Origin: Burkholderiales bacterium
GTDB taxonomy: Bacteria; Pseudomonadota; Gammaproteobacteria; Burkholderiales; Ga0077523
Length of the DNA stretch: 64,000 nucleotides
Direction: 5' to 3'
Assembly (NCBI GenBank): GCA_038324085.1
Contig: JBBQHP010000013.1
Span: forward strand, 30,276-94,275
Within the stretch, counting starts at the first letter, position 1, and every line of letters begins with the position of its first letter. This document shows positions 1-8,563 of this stretch, one piece after another. Both the position numbers and the translations under genes were made by a program. The notes below the pieces were generated by a model that was not told the DNA's origin, made no database searches, and was given only the letters and a program-made list of their open reading frames with translations.

Positions 1-2
1 AT

Positions 3-224
3 CGCGTACGCGCGCTCTACGTGCGCTTCCTGCCGCTGATCGTGTTCGAACAGCAGCCGGGGGTCGCGGTGCGCAAGGAGATCCTGCGGCGGCGCGGCCT
101 GCTCGCGAGCGGTGGCGTGCGCCATCCCGGCGGAGCGATGCCAGCGGGCGCGGCGCAGCAACTCGACTCGCTGCTGGCGAGCACCCTCGGCGAGATCGAC
201 CTCACCCGCCCGATCCGGCTTTGA
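3..224 (+). CDS. 3' end of a gene cut by the window edge; product unknown
   Basis: The frame is open from position 3 to the TGA at 222-224 (...RALYVRFLPLIVFEQQPGVAVRKEILRRRG...IDLTRPIRL*). Third codon positions are strongly G/C-biased. 73 residues are too few for a family call. Confidence 0.35.
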   Translation, partial: RVRALYVRFLPLIVFEQQPGVAVRKEILRRRGLLASGGVRHPGGAMPAGAAQQLDSLLASTLGEIDLTRPIRL

Positions 225-230
225 CGCCGA

Positions 231-1052
231 TCACTGCGGGTTGGTCAGACCGCGGCGGACGTCGAGCACCGTCTCGAAGGTGAGGTCCCTGGTGTCGACC
301 ACCTGCGCCTTCAGCTCTCCCGATTCTCGTGCCATGAAATGGAAACGCACGCTGGGATTCTCGCTGATGGAGAAGTCGACGTCCGCGGTCATCACGGGGC
401 GACCGGCGTAGGTGACCGTGATGGAGCGGACGTACCACGCCGGGGTGTAGTACCGGGTCGACTGGTCCATGGCCAGACCAGAGAAATTGGGATGCATCAC
501 CGACAATCGCGCCACGGCGGGCTCTCCAGGGACGGACCCGTCTTCGAGCACGAGACGCATGCGACCGACCTTGCCCTCGGCATCGCCTTTGGTCGCGGGT
601 GCGGAGCAGCCCCCGGCCGCCTTCACGAAACGCGTCGCCGCGAACAGTTCGCCGGTATTGAGCTCGGCGATCGCCCGCACGTACGTGTAGTCCTCGATCC
701 GGACACGCGTCTCGATATCCGCGCGGCCGCTGTCCGGCGTGAACCGGAATATGGCAGCGATGGGCGAGGGATTCTGGTCAATAATGATGTAGAGCGCCTG
801 CACGTAACGGGCGTCGGTCTGGCGGGGACCGACGCTGACGGCGAGCGGAACCACCGCCGCGTCGGCCGCGCGGCCCGGTACGCGCAAACGAACGATATCC
901 TCGGCGGGGTCCTGGATCGGGCGATCCGCAAACAGATCGGCCCGCACCTTGCGCCAGATGTCGTTGTCGATCGAAGGATCCGCGGCGACCGCGCGCCCCG
1001 CAGTGAACAGGATCCCGAGGCCGAGGAAAGCCACTACGGCAATGCATTTCAT
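231..1052 (-). CDS. exported SoxY-SoxZ fusion-like carrier protein (quinoprotein-dehydrogenase-associated type)
   Basis: ATG at 1052 follows a GGAGGA RBS. Signal peptide is MKCIAVVAFLGLGILFTAGRAVA. The SoxY-like half ends in AAGGC (Cys codon 606-608) and the SoxZ-like half carries VMHPNFSG. It is the last gene of the xoxF-strand cluster. Confidence 0.75.
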   Translation of the reverse strand: MKCIAVVAFLGLGILFTAGRAVAADPSIDNDIWRKVRADLFADRPIQDPAEDIVRLRVPGRAADAAVVPLAVSVGPRQTDARYVQALYIIIDQNPSPIAAIFRFTPDSGRADIETRVRIEDYTYVRAIAELNTGELFAATRFVKAAGGCSAPATKGDAEGKVGRMRLVLEDGSVPGEPAVARLSVMHPNFSGLAMDQSTRYYTPAWYVRSITVTYAGRPVMTADVDFSISENPSVRFHFMARESGELKAQVVDTRDLTFETVLDVRRGLTNPQ

Positions 1053-1118
1053 CTTGACCGATCCTCCGTGGGCCGCCGCAGGGCCGAAAGCGCGGTACTC
1101 GTCCAAACGCGATTCCCG

Positions 1119-1460
1119 TCAATCCAGGAAACAGTCCTTCCGCACCTTGGATTCCATGCCGCGGAAGCGCTTCGCCATCGCCTGCGCCTCGGGCGCGTCG
1201 CGGACGACGGAACCCCGTTCGCCTGCGATCGAAATGGCGCGCGACGCCGTCTGCAGTTCGACGTATTCCTCGTACGGAATCTGCGCGGCCAGGGCGTCGA
1301 TCGCGCACGCGCACTTGTAGAGCGCCTCGTGCCGCAGCCCTTCATGCTCGTGCATGCAGGCTTCGACGTACTCGACGCGCTCCACGGTGGGAAAGTCGTT
1401 GGCATGCGCGGGCAGTGCCAACGCCAGGACGGCCGCGAGACAGCCCGCGCCCGGCCTCAT
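1119..1460 (-). CDS. small exported hypothetical protein with four Cys in the mature part
   Basis: ATG at 1460 with signal-like MRPGAGCLAAVLALALPAHA. Cys residues lie in ACMHEH, KCACAID and KDCFLD. It starts 13 nt after the protease stop and ends 66 nt before the SoxYZ-like start. No family recognised. Confidence 0.6.
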   Translation of the reverse strand: MRPGAGCLAAVLALALPAHANDFPTVERVEYVEACMHEHEGLRHEALYKCACAIDALAAQIPYEEYVELQTASRAISIAGERGSVVRDAPEAQAMAKRFRGMESKVRKDCFLD

Positions 1461-1473
1461 GCCGGCGCTCCGG

Positions 1474-2406
1474 TCACTGTTGCACTGTCAGCGCACGGCG
1501 GCGAAATTCCCTGGCATCCCGGTTCTCCGGCTCTTCCTCGAGCCAGCGCGCGGTCAACTGCAACAATTCCGGCTTGTCGCCGGCCGCTTCCAGCGTGCTC
1601 GCGCGCAGGAAGTAGGGAAGCTCCCCCGGCCGGCCCTCCCAGAACGTCTTGGCATCGCGAAGGGGGGCGATGGCCATCGCCTCGGATGCCGCCGCGCGCG
1701 TCACCCATTGCACGGGGATCGAGAAGAAGTAGTCGCCCCGGGCCGGCAGTCGGAACGTGAGCAATCCGAGCAGACGACCTTGCTCGTCGAACAGCCCGCC
1801 CCCGCTCGCACCGGATGTGAAGCCAGCGGTGGCCTGGATCACGTAGGCCCCGTCGAACGCATGCATCGCCGTGATCTGACCGACCGACGGCGACAGCGCG
1901 AAGCCACCGCTGTAGCCCAGCGCCATGACCGCGCCCCCGACCTGGGGGACATCGGCGGTGCCGAGATCCACCGGCATGATGGTGAGACCCGGGACGGTCA
2001 GGATGCAGACATCGTTCTGGGGCTGCGCCTGGCTCGCGGAGGCCTCCCAGCGCGTGGTGCCGGACAGCACTGTGACACTGGCGGCATTGCGTACCACATG
2101 GCAGTTCGTCGCTACGCGTTCCCGCGCGATGACCACGCCGCTGCCCATGCCGTTGCGTCCATGCACGGCACCTTGCGACGCCTCGACCCGCACGATGGCC
2201 GGGGCGAGCTTCTGCATCGCCGCACGCAGCGCCAATGCGTCGGCACGTGCGGCCGGTGCACAGAGAAAGAGCGCCAGGGCCAGCACCCCGACCGGATTCG
2301 GCGCACGAATCGAAGCCGCCCCGCCAGGGGGGCGGCGCGTCGACCTGAGCGCAGTGCGCGAGGGGCAGCATGGGGTATTGTCAGGGAACCGGATTTCCAT
2401 TCTCAT
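1474..2406 (-). CDS. exported trypsin-like (S1 family) serine protease
   Basis: Catalytic-triad motifs are TNCHVV (His), NDVCIL (Asp) and TSGASGGGLF (Ser). A hydrophobic signal segment reads VGVLALALFLCAPAARA. The start is uncertain: ATG at 2406 or 2400, both overlapping the xoxJ 3' end, or a later non-ATG start. Confidence 0.75.
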   Translation of the reverse strand: MRMEIRFPDNTPCCPSRTALRSTRRPPGGAASIRAPNPVGVLALALFLCAPAARADALALRAAMQKLAPAIVRVEASQGAVHGRNGMGSGVVIARERVATNCHVVRNAASVTVLSGTTRWEASASQAQPQNDVCILTVPGLTIMPVDLGTADVPQVGGAVMALGYSGGFALSPSVGQITAMHAFDGAYVIQATAGFTSGASGGGLFDEQGRLLGLLTFRLPARGDYFFSIPVQWVTRAAASEAMAIAPLRDAKTFWEGRPGELPYFLRASTLEAAGDKPELLQLTARWLEEEPENRDAREFRRRALTVQQ

Positions 2407-3262
2407 CGACCAGAGGCACACGATACTCGTGGAGTATCCGCAGAATCTGTGCCTGATTGCTGGCAATGAGCGTTTCGAGCTTCTGTTTCCATTGCGTCTC
2501 GCCGAAACGCGTTCCCATGGCGACGGCAAAATCGAACTTCACGCCGGGCTCCGACCTGAGCGGGATCACCACCAGTTCGACACTGGTCACGCGGCGCGCG
2601 GCAAAGCCCGCCACCGGACCCCACACGATCGCTGCGTCGATGTCGCCGGCCACGAGGTCCTTCTCCAGGATCTCGCCCGGATAGAAATCCGGTCGCGCGT
2701 TCAGCATGCGATACGGAGCGCCTGCATCCACCAGGTTGTGCCGCGCCAGCCATGCCGTGGCCGGAGACCGGTCGAACACACCGATGCGCAGCGACTTTGC
2801 CTTGTCGCCCATGGCCAGCAGATCGCCGGCAGACTTCACCCCGTCGAGCTTGCGCCCTTTCACATACACCAGCGCGTAAGTCGAGCGGAAATACGGGCCG
2901 GTCGTGGCGACCTGATCGAAACCGACCGGGACACCCAGCATCACATCGCAGCGATAGTCTTCGTCGGGCAGCTTGAATCGCAGCGTGTTGCGCACGAAGT
3001 TCATGCGTTGCGGGTAGAAGTAGTATTTGAGCGGCAGACCGAGTTCCTGCGCCATGAGTTCTGCGAGCTTGTTCTCGAATCCTTCACCGGCCTCGTTCGA
3101 GAACGGCAGGTTGCCGGGATCGCTGCAGACCCGGAACGCTGTCCGCTCTGCCGTTTCCGCGGCATCCGCCACCCGGACTGTCGCCACGTATGGCAGCGCC
3201 AGCGCCAGCAGCACCGTCACGGTTCGAGCGATGCCCTTGCGGGGGGAATCAGCCTGGTTCAT
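2381..3262 (-). CDS. xoxJ: MxaJ/XoxJ-like periplasmic solute-binding-fold protein
   Basis: Has an N-terminal signal. RVCSDPGNLPFSN and the overall sequence resemble the MxaJ/XoxJ family as I recall it. Its ATG at 3262 overlaps the cytochrome stop codon (ATGA). Confidence 0.8.
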   Translation of the reverse strand: MNQADSPRKGIARTVTVLLALALPYVATVRVADAAETAERTAFRVCSDPGNLPFSNEAGEGFENKLAELMAQELGLPLKYYFYPQRMNFVRNTLRFKLPDEDYRCDVMLGVPVGFDQVATTGPYFRSTYALVYVKGRKLDGVKSAGDLLAMGDKAKSLRIGVFDRSPATAWLARHNLVDAGAPYRMLNARPDFYPGEILEKDLVAGDIDAAIVWGPVAGFAARRVTSVELVVIPLRSEPGVKFDFAVAMGTRFGETQWKQKLETLIASNQAQILRILHEYRVPLVDENGNPVP

Positions 3263-3666
3263 TGCTTGAGCTCCTCGACCTTGGCACGGATGATGGCGCC
3301 GTCGGAGCGCCCTTTCAGGTATGCATAAAGATTGTCGAGATTGCCCATGACGGTCTTGCTCTCCTTGAACGAGACCATGCCTCTCTCGAGGCGCCCATCG
3401 GTGACCGTCGTCTTGAACTCGTCCTTGGTCAGCACCTTCAGGCTGTTGATCAGCGACGGACCCACGAGGCCCTGCTGATTGGCGCCATGGCAGCGGTCAC
3501 AGGCGGCCGCGCGCCAGGTGCGGAATCCCTTCATGGTGTTCGCATCGACCTTGTAGCCATCCACGACGGTATACAGGTCGGTCTTGACTGGGGCGGGGGT
3601 GTCGTCTGCGACCGCCAGGGTGACGGTGGCACTGACGGCAAGCACCGCGAGAATGACTCGATGCAT
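3259..3666 (-). CDS. small periplasmic c-type cytochrome (XoxG/ExaB-like electron acceptor)
   Basis: Signal peptide is MHRVILAVLAVSATVTLAVA. There is a single heme motif, CDRCH (codons 3487-3501). It lies immediately downstream of xoxF. Confidence 0.8.
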   Translation of the reverse strand: MHRVILAVLAVSATVTLAVADDTPAPVKTDLYTVVDGYKVDANTMKGFRTWRAAACDRCHGANQQGLVGPSLINSLKVLTKDEFKTTVTDGRLERGMVSFKESKTVMGNLDNLYAYLKGRSDGAIIRAKVEELKQ

Positions 3667-3693
3667 TTGTTGCTCCTACGTACGCGGGAAAGC

Positions 3694-3726
3694 GACGACA
3701 TCCCGCAGCTGCCGCGGAATGTCGTC
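3694..3726 (-). promoter_or_regulatory. intercistronic stem-loop between xoxF and the cytochrome gene
   Basis: The 8-bp arms GACGACAT/ATGTCGTC flank a GC-rich, partly self-complementary 17-nt segment. No T-tract follows. Confidence 0.35.
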
Positions 3727-3761
3727 GGGGATGACGAATCGCTGACGCAAAAAATGCCGCG

Positions 3762-5579
3762 TCAGTTGCCGCCCGGAATCGCGAACACGGTGAGCGAACC
3801 GCCCAGATCCGTGTACTGGTTCAGCTCACGATATCCGCCCACGGCGCCGAGTCCGTCCGTGTCCTTGTCGAGACCTGCCGCCATGCCGATGCCGGCCCAG
3901 CCGCCGATGCCCGAATAGACGCCCACGTATTGCTTGCCCTTGTGCTCGTAGGTGAAGACGTTGCCGATGATCCCGGAGGGCGTCTTGAACTTCCACAGCT
4001 CCTTCCCATCGCTCTTGCGCACGGCTTTCAGATAGCCCTCGAGCGTGCCGTAGAACACCAGGTTGCCGGCCGTGGCGAGGGCCCCGCTCCAGACCGAGAA
4101 CTTCTCGGCCTTGGACCAGACGATCTTGCCGGCGCTCGCGTCCCAGGCGATGAAATTGCCCATGCCGCCATGGCTTCCCGGTGCCGGGTACATCGACAGC
4201 GTGGCGCCGACATACGGCTGACCTGCCGTGTACTCCACGGCGAACGGCTCGTAGTCCATGCACACGTGGTTGGTCGGCACGTAGAACAGCTTCGTATCCG
4301 GCGCGTAGGCCGCCGGCTGCTGGTCCTTGGTGCCGAGCGCAGCCGGGCAGACGCCCTTGGTGTTCACGTCGGGACCGTTCTGCGCGGTGCTGTACTTCGA
4401 AACCACCTGCGGCCGGCCGGTCTTCATGTCGACCTTGGTGGCCCAGTTCACTGTCGGATCGTATTTCTCGGCGACCAGCAGCGCGCCGTTGGTGCGATCG
4501 AGCGTGTAGCCGAAGCCGTTGCGATCGAAGTGCACCAGCGCCTTGGTCGGTTTGCCCTTGACGTTGAGGTCGGCGAGGATCATCTCGTTGATGCCGTCGA
4601 AATCCCACTCGTCGTACGGCGTCATCTGATAGACCCACTTGACCTTGCCTGTGTCCACGTCGCGGGCCCAGATGCTCATGGACCACTTGTTGTCGCCGGG
4701 ACGCTGCGCGGGGTTCCACGTGCTCGGATTGCCCGAGCCGTAGTACATCAGGTTCAGCGCCTTGTCGTAGCTGTACCAGCCCCAGGTGGTGCCGCCACCG
4801 ATCTTCCACTGGTCTTCCTTCCAGGTCTTGAGCGACGAATCCGCTCCGACCGGTTGGACCTTGCCGTCCATCCAGGTGGTGGTCTTCTGGGGGTCGATCA
4901 GCATTTCCTCGTCCGGGCCGACGCTGTAGCCCTTCCAGGCGAGCGACCCGTCATTCAGGTTGTATGCCGCGATGAAGCCGCGCACGCCCCATTCGCCGCC
5001 GCTGATGCCGGTGATCACCTTGTCCTTGAAGATGTGCGGAGCGTTGGTGTTGACGGCGCCGAGCTTCGGATCGCCGTTCTTCACCGACCAGACGACCTTG
5101 CCGGTCTTCGCATCCAGCGCGACCAGCGTGCTGTCGGCCTGCTGCAGGATCACCTTGTTCTCGCCGTAGGCGACGCCGCGGTTGACGGTATCGCAACACA
5201 TCTGTGGAATCACCGCCGGATCCTGCCTCGGCTCGTACTTCCACACGATCTTGTTGGTGTTGAGATCCATCGCGAACACCTTGTTCGGGAATGGCGAGTG
5301 GATGTACATCATGTCGCCGACGACGAGCGGCGAGCCTTCGTGGCCGCGCAGAACCCCGGTCGAAAACATCCACGCCACCTGCAGCTTGTTGACGTTCTTG
5401 TCGGTGACCTGCTTCAACTTGCTGTAGCGCTGGTTGTACATGTCGCCCGCCTGCATGGCCCAGTTCTTCGGGTCCGCGGTGAGCTTTTCTACGTCCGCGT
5501 TCGCCTGTGCCAGCAACGGTGTGGAAGCGACTACCGCGAGTGTCAGTGGAACCAGTACCTGTCTCAATCTGCGATTCAT
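3762..5579 (-). CDS. xoxF: PQQ-dependent methanol dehydrogenase, XoxF type (lanthanide signature)
   Basis: ATG at 5579 follows a GGGAGGA RBS, with signal peptide [27 protein letters not shown] vicinal Cys pair sits in QMCCDTV (5193-5198). WDFDGINEM carries the catalytic Asp plus the extra Asp (4596-4604). The MDH-type C-terminus reads [19 protein letters not shown]. The 730-aa track ORF over-extends the 5' end. Confidence 0.92.
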   Translation of the reverse strand: MNRRLRQVLVPLTLAVVASTPLLAQANADVEKLTADPKNWAMQAGDMYNQRYSKLKQVTDKNVNKLQVAWMFSTGVLRGHEGSPLVVGDMMYIHSPFPNKVFAMDLNTNKIVWKYEPRQDPAVIPQMCCDTVNRGVAYGENKVILQQADSTLVALDAKTGKVVWSVKNGDPKLGAVNTNAPHIFKDKVITGISGGEWGVRGFIAAYNLNDGSLAWKGYSVGPDEEMLIDPQKTTTWMDGKVQPVGADSSLKTWKEDQWKIGGGTTWGWYSYDKALNLMYYGSGNPSTWNPAQRPGDNKWSMSIWARDVDTGKVKWVYQMTPYDEWDFDGINEMILADLNVKGKPTKALVHFDRNGFGYTLDRTNGALLVAEKYDPTVNWATKVDMKTGRPQVVSKYSTAQNGPDVNTKGVCPAALGTKDQQPAAYAPDTKLFYVPTNHVCMDYEPFAVEYTAGQPYVGATLSMYPAPGSHGGMGNFIAWDASAGKIVWSKAEKFSVWSGALATAGNLVFYGTLEGYLKAVRKSDGKELWKFKTPSGIIGNVFTYEHKGKQYVGVYSGIGGWAGIGMAAGLDKDTDGLGAVGGYRELNQYTDLGGSLTVFAIPGGN

Positions 5580-5786
5580 TGCGTTGGTCCTCCCGAGATG
5601 ATGTATGAATATCGCGGCGACCCGGGTCATCGGGCTGCCACCTTTCATCGTCTGATACTGCCCCCGGTTCTTGCTCCACCGATGTCGCCGCGATGACGAC
5701 AGCGCGAGGTCGGACACGCGCAGCTTTGCGCGCCGGCCCCGAGAGCCACGCAACTGCTGATCTACTTCCCAGGCAGGGACGTTTTG

Positions 5787-5815
5787 ATCTAAGCACAACG
5801 ACCTGCCCGGGTCAA
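5787..5815 (-). promoter_or_regulatory. candidate sigma-70 promoter for xoxF
   Basis: On the minus strand, TTGACC (5815-5810) is followed by a 17-nt spacer and TTAGAT (5792-5787). This lies about 200 nt upstream of the xoxF ATG. An inverted repeat GGACAA-N7-TTGTCC (5820-5838) abuts the -35 element. Confidence 0.3.
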
Positions 5816-5960
5816 CGCAGGACAACCGAAGTTTGTCCAATCTTTCATAATGTTGCGATGCCGCAAGCGACTCTTCAGACGGCTCGTCTGCGAGAGGATT
5901 TCGGACTTGCCCTGACTGCGTTTCCAGAGTGCCGGACAGCCTCGGGCGCTGCATCCGGGG

Positions 5961-6533
5961 TCAGATTTTTTCTTGACGAAGTCCGCTTCGGAACTGCTCG
6001 ACTCGCGCCGTCAGCCAGCACCAGGCTTCGCGCTCGACCGGTCCCGCGGTCTTCTCGACCGCGGTCGCGAGATAGGCGAGCTCGCTGTCGATCTTCGCCG
6101 CCGGCAGCAGGTCCAGGCGGCTCACCAGGATCGCCGCCTCGATGACCGCGGCCTGGGCACGATTGAAACCATTCCAGCCCCGATGGACGGCGTCGGCGAC
6201 GACGTCGCAGTAGAGGCGCGGCCGCTGCGGATCGTCGTCGACGCGTTGCAATTCCAGTTCCCGATGGCTGACCGCGCCGGTCAGGCGCACACCGGCGATT
6301 CGCTCGCAGGCGACGACGGGCCAGTCGCGGTGCCCGGTCAGGCAGCCTGCGAACACGCGCACGTCGTCCACCACGTTCACGGCAGCAACGCGCGAGGCGA
6401 GCACGTTGTCGAGCGTGCTCGACGGGCGGAACGGGGCCAGGACAATCTGCGCCCCTTCCAGGCGGATGCCCATCGGCGCGATGTGCACCCGGCCGTCGGG
6501 CGCCCGAGTCGTGACGACGGTCTCCCAGATCAT
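5961..6533 (-). CDS. DUF447-family protein (H4MPT-biosynthesis associated, FMN-binding-fold type)
   Basis: MIWETVVTTRAPDGRVHIAPMGIR... resembles the DUF447 family as I recall it. It is the last gene of the pterin-branch operon. ATG at 6533. Confidence 0.65.
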   Translation of the reverse strand: MIWETVVTTRAPDGRVHIAPMGIRLEGAQIVLAPFRPSSTLDNVLASRVAAVNVVDDVRVFAGCLTGHRDWPVVACERIAGVRLTGAVSHRELELQRVDDDPQRPRLYCDVVADAVHRGWNGFNRAQAAVIEAAILVSRLDLLPAAKIDSELAYLATAVEKTAGPVEREAWCWLTARVEQFRSGLRQEKI

Positions 6534-6546
6534 CGGCGCACCCGGC

Positions 6547-7962
6547 TCACGAGCGCTTTCGCGCGCGTTTCGCGAGCGTGGTCCCCGCGGCCTTCTGGCG
6601 GAGCAGGTCCGGTTGCGCGGGTGCCGTGGCCGCACCCCAGTGCAATTCCTCGTCCTGCACGTAGCGCTTGCCGAGCTGCCATCCGACCTGGGCCCGCGCC
6701 AGCTCCACGCCCAGGTAGAACGCATGGGCGGCGTCGTCCTCGAGACCGAGCGACGGCCAGAGCGCGAACGGGTCGGATGCGACGTGGTGGCCGTCGCGAT
6801 TGAGTGCGTGCAACCCGTCCTCGGCCACCAGGACCCGGTAGTTCGGGTCGCGGACCGCCGCTGCCAGTTCGGCGATATCCGCCACGCCGTGCGGGAACGG
6901 GCGCTTCTCGTGCAACGCCATCAGCGCGTTCGAGATGTCCTTGGGCAACGCCCCCTCTTCGCGCGCCGCAAACATGATCCGGCGCGCGGCATCGGCTTCG
7001 CGTACGACGGAACGGGCGTGCTCGCTCACCGCCACGACCAGCACGGCGCCGACGTGCAGTTCGGAGGCGATCCCGAACAGGAGTGCGTTCATGCCCATCG
7101 TGTCTGCATGCGTGAGTTCCGTCACGTTGCCGATGCCCATCATGATGGCGCAATCGGGCCGCGCCGCCCGCAATGCGTGGTAGCGCGCTATCGAATCGGT
7201 GAAGCCGAAATGGATCGGATCGAGGATCGGGTCGGCCAGGTAATCGCGTCCGATGCGATCGAGCGCATCCATCGCGCGCAGCAGCGACGGCAGGTCACCG
7301 GGTTCGCGCGGGATCAGCACGGGTGTCGCGGCAACCTCTTCCGCGATCCAGAGCGTGTCCTCGCGCAGGCTGAGCAGAAAATCCGCGCCGGCACGAGCGC
7401 CACGCAACAATTCCTCCGGATCGAACGAATCCACGCTCACCGCGAGCCCGAGCGATTTCAATCGCACCACCGCGTCCTCGAGGTGTGGAAACGGCGTCTG
7501 CGGCAGGCAGCCGAGGTCGATCACGTCGGCACCCTGCGCGAGGAATTCGCGGGCGCGCGCCTCGATTGCCGCCAGGGACAGCTGCGGCGCATCCACGATC
7601 TCCGTGAACATCTTCGCCTCGTAGCGCGAGAGATCATGCTTCGCTGCGACATGGCCGAAGAAACGCGGCAGATCGGCGAGTTCTTCCGGGCCGCGGACCA
7701 CCGGAACCCCGAGGCGCGCGGCGACGCGGTCCAGGTCACCGCGGCATCGTCCCGGCACCACGACGCGGTCGACGTCGTCGACACTGGGGAGGCGGCGCTC
7801 GATCATGTCCGCTGTCATGAGCGCGGCGACGCTCAAGCCGAGCTCCTGTATGCGCCACTCGAACGCCGGCGCCGGCAGGGATCCGAGGACGCGCCGCAGG
7901 CTCTTCTCCGCGAGCTTCCCGGTCAGGAACAGGATGCGCTCGCCCGGCACGAATGCGTCCAC
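6547..7962 (-). CDS. dihydropteroate synthase-like protein (archaeal/H4MPT type) with N-terminal extra domain
   Basis: The pterin-binding TIM-barrel-like region carries GADVIDLGC...VSVDSF...MMGIGNVTE. An N-terminal extension of about 130 aa precedes it. GTG start at 7962. Confidence 0.8.
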   Translation of the reverse strand: MDAFVPGERILFLTGKLAEKSLRRVLGSLPAPAFEWRIQELGLSVAALMTADMIERRLPSVDDVDRVVVPGRCRGDLDRVAARLGVPVVRGPEELADLPRFFGHVAAKHDLSRYEAKMFTEIVDAPQLSLAAIEARAREFLAQGADVIDLGCLPQTPFPHLEDAVVRLKSLGLAVSVDSFDPEELLRGARAGADFLLSLREDTLWIAEEVAATPVLIPREPGDLPSLLRAMDALDRIGRDYLADPILDPIHFGFTDSIARYHALRAARPDCAIMMGIGNVTELTHADTMGMNALLFGIASELHVGAVLVVAVSEHARSVVREADAARRIMFAAREEGALPKDISNALMALHEKRPFPHGVADIAELAAAVRDPNYRVLVAEDGLHALNRDGHHVASDPFALWPSLGLEDDAAHAFYLGVELARAQVGWQLGKRYVQDEELHWGAATAPAQPDLLRQKAAGTTLAKRARKRS

Positions 7963-7978
7963 GGGTGCAATCGCCGCG

Positions 7979-8560
7979 CTACTTCACCGCCAGCGGCGCG
8001 CCGGCATCGATCTCGCCCTGCCGCTGCGCCAGGCGCGCTTCGATGACCGTGCGTAGCGCTTCGAAGGTGTCGACGACCGTCACTCGATCGAATCCGGAAA
8101 GACGTCGCGTCGCGTCGAGATCCACGGGCCGTGGATAGACCGTGACCCAGTCGCCGGGCGATTCGGTTTCCATGCGGGGCGCCGTGTCGCAAGCGAAGAC
8201 GATGGACGGGATCCGGCACTTGCCCGCCTGCGCGAAGATGTTGGTGGGCAAGGTGTCGGAGATCCCCGCGACGCACTTCGCGACGGTGTTGGAGGTGGCC
8301 GGAGCGATCACTACCGTGTGGTAGTGGCCGTGGTAGAAAAGGCCCACCGGCGCCGCACTCGCCGTGTTGTCGCGGAAGATCCGGAAGCCCGCGCGCAATT
8401 CGGTCAGCGGATGGCCGTACATGTTCAGGACCTCTTCGCCGGCGCTCGACAGGAACAGATCCACGTCTGCGAGACTGTTGGCGAGTTCCAGGCACTCGCG
8501 CAGGAAATGGCCCGACCCGGTGAGTCCCCAGGCAAGGCGCGCGCGTTCCGGGCGATCCAT
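7979..8560 (-). CDS. flavoprotein of the archaeal AfpA / DmrB type (candidate dihydromethanopterin reductase)
   Basis: LAWGLTGSGHFLRECLEL...VVIAPATSNTVAKCVAGISDTL is typical of the flavoprotein (FMN) family. Size and context match the DmrB described for Burkholderia. Confidence 0.65.
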   Translation of the reverse strand: MDRPERARLAWGLTGSGHFLRECLELANSLADVDLFLSSAGEEVLNMYGHPLTELRAGFRIFRDNTASAAPVGLFYHGHYHTVVIAPATSNTVAKCVAGISDTLPTNIFAQAGKCRIPSIVFACDTAPRMETESPGDWVTVYPRPVDLDATRRLSGFDRVTVVDTFEALRTVIEARLAQRQGEIDAGAPLAVK

Positions 8561-8563
8561 CCT

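Noticed and set aside
3930-5696. 588-aa plus-strand ORF antisense to xoxF. Similar long antisense or out-of-frame ORFs occur at 339-1760, 1354-2469, 6406-8046, 10933-13080, 12921-14303, 17312-19183, 22165-23445, 37118-39091, 40214-41668, 41757-43325, 43054-44850, 47050-48591 and 57865-60018.
   Set aside because: All lie opposite or out of frame to genes with strong family motifs. Their translations are Arg/Ala/Gly/Pro/His-rich low-complexity strings with no recognisable motifs. Long stop-free antisense frames are expected in DNA of this G+C content.
5917-5935. Possible sigma-54 element upstream of xoxF (minus strand CCGGCACTCTGGAAACGCA).
   Set aside because: The GG and GC dinucleotides are not in the required 12-nt register (GG-N12-GC instead of GG-N10-GC), so it does not fit a -24/-12 promoter.
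3762-5954. Track ORFs much longer than the real genes. Examples are the 730-aa xoxF ORF, the 739-aa ORF at 28284-30503, the 545-aa ORF at 45701-47338 and the 690-aa ORF at 46366-48438.
   Set aside because: The N-terminal extensions are low-complexity and run across neighbouring genes or intergenic DNA. Internal starts with RBS, signal peptides or conserved N-termini (5579, 29369, 46393, 47305) fit the families.
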